Shown here: piece after piece, positions 53,601 to 64,000 of the stretch | Layout of the letters: each line of letters begins with the position of its first letter | Position numbering within the stretch: position 1 is the first letter of the stretch | Assembly (NCBI GenBank): GCA_964057225.1 | Contig: OZ059900.1 | Location: 19,840,001-19,904,000, forward strand | Direction of reading: 5' to 3' | DNA from: Auanema rhodensis | Taxonomy: Eukaryota > Animalia > Nematoda | Length of the DNA: 64,000 nucleotides | Notes under the pieces: model-generated | The model's input: the letters and a program-made list of their open reading frames with translations, nothing else | The model's database searches: none | Told to the model about the DNA's origin: nothing | Made by a program: the position numbers and the translations under genes

Positions 53601-56600
53601 AATTTTGAGCTAGGTTTCATTGACATTGCATGAGTTTGAACACATGAAATCGTAAGTCAAAACCTTGTTTACAGCGAAACTTCCAAAAACTGGTTTTCCA
53701 GCATAATAAAATATTTCTCATGGGAAATACTGTGTTTTTGTATTTTTCTAGTGTTCAGCATGTAAAATGCTTCATTTTAGTATGTAACACGCTGAAATTC
53801 GTTGCATTTGACGACTCATATGAACAAAAATCGATTTAATCAATATTAGCCATAAGGGGCGTGCCCTCAGAATATGCTAATTTCCTTAATTTTCTAACCC
53901 CTGTTTTTTTGTCGTGAAAGTGGAACTAGACGTTGTACGAACAATTTTGAGCTAGGTTTCATTGACATTGCATGAGTTTGAACACATGAAATCGTAAGTC
54001 AAAACCTTGTTTACAGCGAAATTTCCAAAAACTGGTTTTCCAGCATAATAAAATATTTCTCATGGGAAATACTGTGTTTTTGTATTTTTCTAGTGTTCAG
54101 CATGTAAAATGCTTCATTTTAGTATGTAACTCGCTGAAATTCGTTGCATTTGACGACTCATATGAACAAAAATCGATTTAATCAATATTAGCCATAAGGG
54201 GCGTGCCCTCAGAATATGCTAATTTCCTTAATTTTCTAACCCTTGTTTTTTTGTCGTGAAAGTGGAACTAGACGTTGTACGAACAATTTTGAGCTAGGTT
54301 TCATTGACATTGCATGAGTTTGAACACATGAAATCGTAAGTCAAAACCTTGTTTACAGCGAAATTTCCAAAAACTGGTTTTCCAGCATAATAAAATATTT
54401 CTCAAGGGAAATACTGTGTTTTTGTATTTTTCTAGTGTTCAGCATGTAAAATGCTTCCTTTTAGTATGTAACACGCTGAAATTCGTTGCATTTGACGACT
54501 CATATGAACAAAAATCGATTTAATCAATATTAGCCATAAGGGGCGTGCCCTCAGAATATGCTAATTTCCTTAGTTTTCTAACCCCTGTTTTTTTGTCGTG
54601 AAAGTGGAACTAGACGTTGTACGAACAATTTTGAGCTAGGTTTCATTGACATTGCATGAGTTTGAACACATGAAATCGTAAGTCAAAACCTTGTTTACAG
54701 CGAAATTTCCAAAAACTGGTTTTCCAGCATAATAAAATATTTCTCATGGGAAATACTGTGTTTTTGTATTTTTCTAGTGTTCAGCATGTAAAATGCTTCA
54801 TTTTAGTATGTAACACGCTGAAATTCGTTGCATTTGACGACTCATATGAACAAAAATCGATTTATTCAATATTAGCCATAAGGGGCGTCCCCTCAGAATA
54901 TGCTAATTTCCTTAATTTTCTAACCCCTGTTTTTTTGTCGTGAAAGTGGAACTAGACGTTGTACGAACAATTTTGAGCTAGGTTTCATTGACATTGCATG
55001 AGTTTGAACACATGAAATCGTAAGTCAAAACCTTGTTTACAGCGAAATTTCCAAAAACTGGTTTTCCAGCATAATAAAATATTTCTCATGGGAAATACTG
55101 TGTTTTTGTATTTTTCTAGTGTTCAGCATGTAAAATGCTTCATTTTAGTATGTAACATGCTGAAATTCGTTGCATTTGACGACTCATATGAACAAAAATC
55201 GATTTAATCAATATTAACCATAAGGGGCGTGCCCTCAGAATATGCTAATTTCCTTAATTTTCTAACCCCTGTTTTTTTGTCGTGAAAGTGGAACTAGACG
55301 TTGTACGAACAATTTTGAGCTAGGTTTCATTGACATTGCATGAGTTTGAACACATGAAATCGTAAGTCAAAACCTTGTTTACAGCGAAATTTCCAAAAAC
55401 TGGTTTTCCAGCATAATAAAATATTTCTCATGGGAAATACTGTGTTTTTGTATTTTTCTAGTGTTCAGCATGTAAAATGCTTCATTTTAGTATGTAACAC
55501 GCTGAAATTCGTTGCATTTGACGACTCATATGAACAAAAATCGATTTAATCAATATTAGCCATAAGGGGCGTGCCCTCAGAATATGCTAATTTCCTTAAT
55601 TTTCTAACCCCTGTTTTTTTGTCGTGAAAGTGGAACTAGACGTTGTACGAACAATTTTGAGCTAGGTTTCATTGACATTGCATGAGTTTGAACACATGAA
55701 ATCGTAAGTCAAAACCTTGTTTACAGCGAAATTTCCAAAAACTGGTTTTCCAGCATAATAAAATATTTCTCATGGGAAATACTGTGTTTTTGTATTTTTC
55801 TAGTGTTCAGCATGTAAAATGCTTCATTTTAGTATGTAACTCGCTGAAATTCGTTGCATTTGACGACTCATATGAACAAAAATCGATTTAATCAATATTA
55901 GCCATAAGGGGCGTGCCCTCAGAATATGCTAATTTCCTTAATTTTCTAACCCTTGTTTTTTTGTCGTGAAAGTGGAACTAGACGTTGTACGAACAATTTT
56001 GAGCTAGGTTTCATTGACATTGCATGAGTTTGAACACATGAAATCGTAAGTCAAAACCTTGTTTACAGCGAAATTTCCAAAAACTGGTTTTCCAGCATAA
56101 TAAAATATTTCTCATGGGAAATACTGTGTTTTTGTATTTTTCTAGTGTTCAGCATGTAAAATGCTTCCTTTTAGTATGTAACACGCTGAAATTCGTTGCA
56201 TTTGACGACTCATATGAACAAAAATCGATTTAATCAATATTAGCCATAAGGGGCGTGCCCTCAGAATATGCTAATTTCCTTAGTTTTCTAACCCCTGTTT
56301 TTTTGTCGTGAAAGTGGAACTAGACGTTGTACGAACAATTTTGAGCTAGGTTTCATTGACATTGCATGAGTTTGAACACATGAAATCGTAAGTCAAAACC
56401 TTGTTTACAGCGAAATTTCCAAAAACTGGTTTTCCAGCATAATAAAATATTTCTCATGGGAAATACTGTGTTTTTGTATTTTTCTAGTGTTCAGCATGTA
56501 AAATGCTTCATTTTAGTATGTAACACGCTGAAATTCGTTGCATTTGACGACTCATATGAACAAAAATCGATTTAATCAATATTAGCCATAAGGGGCGTGC

Positions 56601-59600
56601 CCTCAGAATATGCTAATTTCCTTAATTTTCTAACCCCTGTTTTTTTGTCGTGAAAGTGGAACTAGACGTTGTACGAACAATTTTGAGCTATGTTTCATTG
56701 ACATTGCATGAGTTTGAACACATGAAATCGTAAGTCAAAACCTTGTTTACAGCGAAATTTCCAAAAACTGGTTTTCCAGCATAATAAAATATTTCTCATG
56801 GGAAATACTGTGTTTTTGTATTTTTCTAGTGTTCAGCATGTAAAATGCTTCATTTTAGTATGTAACACGCTGAAATTCGTTGCATTTGACGACTCATATG
56901 AACAAAAATCGATTTAATCAATATTAGCCATAAGGGGCGTGCCCTCAGAATATGCTAATTTCCTTAATTTTCTAACCCTTGTTTTTTTGTCGTGAAAGTG
57001 GAACTAGACGTTGTACGAACAATTTTGAGCTAGATTTCATTGACATTGCATGAGTTTGAACACATGAAATCGTAAGTCAAAACCTTGTTTACAGCGAAAT
57101 TTCCAAAAACTGGTTTTCCAGCATAATAAAATATTTCTCATGGGAAATACTGTGTTTTTGTATTTTTCTAGTGTTCAGCATGTAAAATGCTTCATTTTAG
57201 TATGTAACATGCTGAAATTCGTTGCATTTGACGACTCATATGAACAAAAATCGATTTAATCAATATTAGCCATAAGGGGCGTGCCCTCAGAATATGCTAA
57301 TTTCCTTAATTTTCTAACCCCTGTTTTTTTGTCGTGAAAGTGGAACTAGACGTTGTACGAACAATTTTGAGCTAGGTTTCATTGACATTGCATGAGTTTG
57401 AACACATGAAATCGTAAGTCAAAACCTTGTTTACAGCGAAATTTCCAAAAACTGGTTTTCCAGCATAATAAAATATTTCTCATGGGAAATACTGTGTTTT
57501 TGTATTTTTCTAGTGTTCAGCATGTAAAATGCTTCATTTTAGTATGTAACACGCTGAAATTCGTTGCATTTGACGACTCATATGAACAAAAATCGATTTA
57601 ATCAATATTAGCCATAAGGGGCGTGCCCTCAGAATATGCTAATTTCCTTAATTTTCTAACCCCTGTTTTTTTGTCGTGAAAGTGGAACTAGACGTTGTAC
57701 GAACAATTTTGAGCTAGGTTTCATTGTCATTGCATGAGTTTGAACACATGAAATCGTAAGTCAAAACCTTGTTTACAGCGAAATTTCCAAAAACTGGTTT
57801 TCCAGCATAATAAAATATTTCTCAAGGGAAATACTGTGTTTTTGTATTTTTCTAGTGTTCAGCATGTAAAATGCTTCCTTTTAGTATGTAACACGCTGAA
57901 ATTCGTTGCATTTGACGACTCATATGAACAAAAATCGATTTAATCAATATTAGCCATAAGGGGCGTGCCCTCAGAATATGCTAATTTCCTTAGTTTTCTA
58001 ACCCCTGTTTTTTTGTCGTGAAAGTGGAACTAGACGTTGTACGAACAATTTTGAGCTAGGTTTCATTGACATTGCATGAGTTTGAACACATGAAATCGTA
58101 AGTCAAAACCTTGTTTACAGCGAAATTTCCAAAAACTGGTTTTCCAGCATAATAAAATATTTCTCATGGGAAATACTGTGTTTTTGTATTTTTCTAGTGT
58201 TCAGCATGTAAAATGCTTCATTTTAGTATGTAACACGCTGAAATTCGTTGCATTTGACGACTCATATGAACAAAAATCGATTTATTCAATATTAGCCATA
58301 AGGGGCGTCCCCTCAGAATATGCTAATTTCCTTAATTTTCTAACCCCTGTTTTTTTGTCGTGAAAGTGGAACTAGACGTTGTACGAACAATTTTGAGCTA
58401 TGTTTCATTGACATTGCATGAGTTTGAACACATGAAATCGTAAGTCAAAACCTTGTTTACAGCGAAATTTCCAAAAACTGGTTTTCCAGCATAATAAAAT
58501 ATTTCTCATGGGAAATACTGTGTTTTTGTATTTTTCTAGTGTTCAGCATGTAAAATGCTTCATTTTAGTATGTAACTCGCTGAAATTCGTTGCATTTGAC
58601 GACTCATATGAACAAAAATCGATTTAATCAATATTAGCCATAAGGGGCGTGCCCTCAGAATATGCTAATTTCCTTAATTTTCTAACCCTTGTTTTTTTGT
58701 CGTGAAAGTGGAACTAGACGTTGTACGAACAATTTTGAGCTAGGTTTCATTGACATTGCATGAGTTTGAACACATGAAATCGTAAGTCAAAACCTTGTTT
58801 ACAGCGAAATTTCCAAAAACTGGTTTTCCAGCATAATAAAATATTTCTCATGGGAAATACTGTGTTTTTGTATTTTTCTAGTGTTCAGCATGTAAAATGC
58901 TTCCTTTTAGTATGTAACACGCTGAAATTCGTTGCATTTGACGACTCATATGAACAAAAATCGATTTAATCAATATTAGCCATAAGGGGCGTGCCCTCAG
59001 AATATGCTAATTTCCTTAGTTTTCTAACCCCTGTTTTTTTGTCGTGAAAGTGGAACTAGACGTTGTACGAACAATTTTGAGCTAGGTTTCATTGACATTG
59101 CATGAGTTTGAACACATGAAATCGTAAGCCAAAATCTTGTTTACAGCGAAATTTCCAAAAACTGGTTTTCCAGCATAATAAAATATTTCTCATGGGAAAT
59201 ACTGTGTTTTTGTATTTTTCTAGTGTTCAGCATGTAAAATGCTTCATTTTAGTATGTAACACGCTGAAATTCGTTGCATTTGACGACTCATATGAACAAA
59301 AATCGATTTAATCAATATTAGCCATAAGGGGCGTGCCCTCAGAATATGCTAATTTCCTTAATTTTCTAACCCCTGTTTTTTTGTCGTGAAAGTGGAACTA
59401 GACGTTGTACGAACAATTTTGAGCTATGTTTCATTGACATTGCATGAGTTTGAACACATGAAATCGTAAGTCAAAACCTTGTTTACAGCGAAATTTCCAA
59501 AAACTGGTTTTCCAGCATAATAAAATATTTCTCATGGGAAATACTGTGTTTTTGTATTTTTCTAGTGTTCAGCATGTAAAATGCTTCATTTTAGTATGTA

Positions 59601-62600
59601 ACACGCTGAAATTCGTTGCATTTGACGACTCATATGAACAAAAATCGATTTAATCAATATTAGCCATAAGGGGCGTGCCCTCAGAATATGCTAATTTCCT
59701 TAATTTTCTAACCCCTGTTTTTTTGTCGTGAAAGTGGAACTAGACGTTGTACGAACAATTTTGAGCTAGGTTTCATTGACATTGCATGAGTTTGAACACA
59801 TGAAATCGTAAGTCAAAACCTTGTTTACAGCGAAATTTCCAAAAACTGGTTTTCCAGCATAATAAAATATTTCTCATGAGAAATACTGTGTTTTTGTATT
59901 TTTCTAGTGTTCAGCATGTAAAATGCTTCATTTTAGTATGTAACACGCTGAAATTCGTTGCATTTGACGACTCATATGAACAAAAATCGATTTAATCAAT
60001 ATTAGCCATAAGGGGCGTGCCCTCAGAATATGCTAATTTCCTTAATTTTCTAACCCCTGTTTTTTTGTCGTGAAAGTGGAACTAGACGTTGTACGAACAA
60101 TTTTGAGCTAGGTTTCATTGACATTGCATGAGTTTGAACACATGAAATCGTAAGTCAAAACCTTGTTTACAGCGAAATTTCCAAAAACTGGTTTTCCAGC
60201 ATAATAAAATATTTCTCATGGGAAATACTGTGTTTTTGTATTTTTCTAGTGTTCAGCATGTAAAATGCTTCATTTTAGTATGTAACACGCTGAAATTCGT
60301 TGCATTTGACGACTCATATGAACAAAAATCGATTTAATCAATATTAGCCATAAGGGGCGTGCCCTCAGAATATGCTAATTTCCTTAATTTTCTAACCCCT
60401 GTTTTTTTGTCGTGAAAGTGGAACTAGACGTTGTACGAACAATTTTGAGCTAGGTTTCATTGACATTGCATGAGTTTGAACACATGAAATCGTAAGTCAA
60501 AACCTTGTTTACAGCGAAATTTCCAAAAACTGGTTTTCCAGCATAATAAAATATTTCTCATGGGAAATACTGTGTTTTTGTATTTTTCTAGTGTTCAGCA
60601 TGTAAAATGCTTCATTTTAGTATGTAACACGCTGAAATTCGTTGCATTTGACGACTCATATGAACAAAAATCGATTTAATCAATATTAGCCATAAGGGGC
60701 GTGCCCTCAGAATATTCTAATTTCCTTAATTTTCTAACCCCTGTTTTTTTGTCGTGAAAGTGGAACTAGACGTTGTACGAACAATTTTGAGCTAGGTTTC
60801 ATTGACATTGCATGAGTTTGAACACATGAAATCGTAAGTCAAAACCTTGTTTACAGCGAAATTTCCAAAAACTGGTTTTCCAGCATAATAAAATATTTCT
60901 CATGGGAAATACTGTGTTTTTGTATTTTTCTAGTGTTCAGCATGTAAAATGCTTCATTTTAGTATGTAACACGCTGAAAGTCGTTGCATTTGACGACTCA
61001 TATGAACAAAAATCGATTTAATCAATATTAGCCATAAGGGGCGTGCCCTCAGAATATGCTAATTTCCTTAGTTTTCTAACCCCTGTTTTTTTGTCGTGAA
61101 AGTGGAACTAGACGTTGTACGAACAATTTTGAGCTAGGTTTCATTGACATTGCATGAGTTTGAACACATGAAATCGTAAGTCAAAACCTTGTTTACAGCG
61201 AAATTTCCAAAAACTGGTTTTCCAGCATAATAAAATATTTCTCATGGGAAATACTGTGTTTTTGTATTTTTCTAGTGTTCAGCATGTAAAATGCTTCATT
61301 TTAGTATGTAACACGCTGAAATTCGTTGCATTTGACGACTCATATGAACAAAAATCGATTTAATCAATATTAGCCATAAGGGGCGTGCCCTCAGAATATG
61401 CTAATTTCCTTAATTTTCTAACCCTTGTTTTTTTGTCGTGAAAGTGGAACTAGACGTTGTACGACCAATTTTGAGCTAGGTTTCATTGACATTGCATGAG
61501 TTTGAACACATGAAATCGTAAGTCAAAACCTTGTTTACAGCGAAATTTCCAAAAACTGGTTTTCCAGCATAATAAAATATTTCTCATGGGAAATACTGTG
61601 TTTTTGTATTTTTCTAGTGTTCAGCATGTAAAATGCTTCATTTTAGTATGTAACACGCTGAAATTCGTTGCATTTGACGACTCATATGAACAAAAATCGA
61701 TTTAATCAATATTAGCCATAAGGGGCGTGCCCTCAGAATATGCTAATTTCCTTAATTTTCTAACCCCTGTTTTTTTGTCGTGAAAGTGGAACTAGACGTT
61801 GTACGAACAATTTTGAGCTAGGTTTCATTGACATTGCATGAGTTTGAACACATGAAATCGTAAGTCAAAACCTTGTTTACAGCGAAATTTCCAAAAACTG
61901 GTTTTCCAGCATAATAAAATATTTCTCATGGGAAATACTGTGTTTTTGTATTTTTCTAGTGTTCAGCATGTAAAATGCTTCATTTTAGTATGTAACACGC
62001 TGAAATTCGTTGCATTTGACGACTCATATGAACAAAAATCGATTTAATCAATATTAGCCATAAGGGGCGTGCCCTCAGAATATTCTAATTTCCTTAATTT
62101 TCTAACCCCTGTTTTTTTGTCGTGAAAGTGGAACTAGACGTTGTACGAACAATTTTGAGCTAGGTTTCATTGACATTGCATGAGTTTGAACACATGAAAT
62201 CGTAAGTCAAAACCTTGTTTACAGCGAAATTTCCAAAAACTGGTTTTCCAGCATAATAAAATATTTCTCATGGGAAATACTGTGTTTTTGTATTTTTCTA
62301 GTGTTCAGCATGTAAAATGCTTCATTTTAGTATGTAACACGCTGAAAGTCGTTGCATTTGACGACTCATATGAACAAAAATCGATTTAATCAATATTAGC
62401 CATAAGGGGCGTGCCCTCAGAATATGCTAATTTCCTTAGTTTTCTAACCCCTGTTTTTTTGTCGTGAAAGTGGAACTAGACGTTGTACGAACAATTTTGA
62501 GCTAGGTTTCATTGACATTGCATGAGTTTGAACACATGAAATCGTAAGTCAAAACCTTGTTTACAGCGAAATTTCCAAAAACTGGTTTTCCAGCATAATA

Positions 62601-64000
62601 AAATATTTCTCATGGGAAATACTGTGTTTTTGTATTTTTCTAGTGTTCAGCATGTAAAATGCTTCATTTTAGTATGTAACACGCTGAAATTCGTTGCATT
62701 TGACGAATCATATGAACAAAAATCGATTTAATCAATATTAGCCATAAGGGGCGTGCCCTCAGAATATGCTAATTTCCTTAATTTTCTAACCCCTGTTTTT
62801 TTGTCGTGAAAGTGGAACTAGACGTTGTACGAACAATTTTGAGCTAGGTTTCATTGACATTGCATGAGTTTGAACACATGAAATCGTAAGTCAAAACCTT
62901 GTTTACAGCGAAATTTCCAAAAACTGGTTTTCCAGCATAATAAAATATTTCTCATGGGAAATACTGTGTTTTTGTATTTTTCTAGTGTTCAGCATGTAAA
63001 ATGCTTCATTTTAGTATGTAACACGCTGAAAGTCGTTGCATTTGACGACTCATATGAACAAAAATCGATTTAATCAATATTAGCCATAAGGGGCGTGCCC
63101 TCAGAATATGCTAATTTCCTTAGTTTTCTAACCCCTGTTTTTTTGTCGTGAAAGTGGAACTAGACGTTGTACGAACAATTTTGAGCTAGGTTTCATTGAC
63201 ATTGCATGAGTTTGAACACATGAAATCGTAAGTCAAAACCTTGTTTACAGCGAAATTTCCAAAAACTGGTTTTCCAGCATAATAAAATATTTCTCATGGG
63301 AAATACTGTGTTTTTGTATTTTTCTAGTGTTCAGCATGTAAAATGCTTCATTTTAGTATGTAACACGCTGAAATTCGTTGCATTTGACGAATCATATGAA
63401 CAAAAATCGATTTAATCAATATTAGCCATAAGGGGCGTGCCCTCAGAATATGCTAATTTCCTTAATTTTCTAACCCCTGTTTTTTTGTCGTGAAAGTGGA
63501 ACTAGACGTTGTACGAACAATTTTGAGCTAGGTTTCATTGACATTGCATGAGTTTGAACACATGACATCGTAAGTCAAAACCTTGTTTACAGCGAAATTA
63601 CCAAAAACTGGTTTTCCAGCATAATAAAATATTTCTCATGGGAAATACTGTGTTTTTGTATTTTTCTAGTGTTCAGCATGTAAAATGCTTCATTTTAGTA
63701 TGTAACACGCTGAAATTCGTTGCATTTGACGACTCATATGAACAAAAATCGATTTAATCAATATTAGCCATAAGGGGCGTGCCCTCAGAATATGCTAATT
63801 TCCTTAATTTTCTAACCCCTGTTTTTTTGTCGTGAAAGTGGAACTAGACGTTGTACGAACAATTTTGAGCTAGGTTTCATTGACATTGCATGAGTTTGAA
63901 CACATGAAATCGTAGGTCAAAACCTTGTTTACAGCGAAATTTCCAAAAACTGGTTTTCCAGCATAATAAAATATTTCTCATGGGAAATACTGTGTTTTTG

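Larger units (their letters stand above)
1..64000 (+). repeat. Tandem satellite DNA array, 342-bp monomer, 187 full copies plus a partial copy, single orientation, ~99% inter-monomer identity; extends beyond both window edges
   Basis: GTTTTCCAGCATAATAAAAT recurs at 1, 343, 685 ... 3421 (=1+10x342) up to 14365, then at 14706, 15048, 15390 and 15731 (two 1-bp deletions), then every 342 bp to 63611 and 63953. There is no unique sequence between units. Confidence 0.99.

Noticed and set aside
1-64000. CRISPR array or other repeat-spacer system
   Set aside because: There are no unique spacers; the whole 342-bp unit is repeated, and no cas genes are present.
1-64000. A single regular higher-order repeat across the window
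   Set aside because: Periods vary locally (2, 3, 4, 5, 9, 17/18, 50, 148 monomers) and each is repeated only a few times.
1-64000. Pure assembly or concatemer artefact
   Set aside because: Structured, shared and private SNP haplotypes at many scales are not expected from artefactual repetition, although individual exact duplications still need read support.

Overview
The whole 64 kb window is one uninterrupted, head-to-tail tandem array of an AT-rich (~34% GC, 116/342 by hand count) 342-bp satellite monomer: 187 complete copies plus a 48-bp partial copy, all in the same orientation. I see no genes, RNA genes, transposon insertions, CRISPR spacers or inversions. Monomers differ from the consensus by only 0-5 substitutions (about 99% identity). 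Only two net 1-bp deletions occur, at ~14581 and ~15498. The four 65-aa ORFs are by-products of a single stop-removing SNP. The informative structure is (i) a nested hierarchy of duplications (2-, 3-, 4-, 9-, 17/18-, 50- and 148-monomer offsets) readable from shared SNP haplotypes, (ii) a monomer dense in dyad symmetries, with variants clustered at one hairpin loop, and (iii) a faint 2 x ~171-bp internal substructure. It looks like a recently homogenised (peri)centromeric or heterochromatic eukaryotic satellite; both function and host are inferences. I found no evidence for a novel coding system. Mn = monomer number n; positions such as C98T are relative to the monomer starting at window position 1. 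All variant calls were made by eye.
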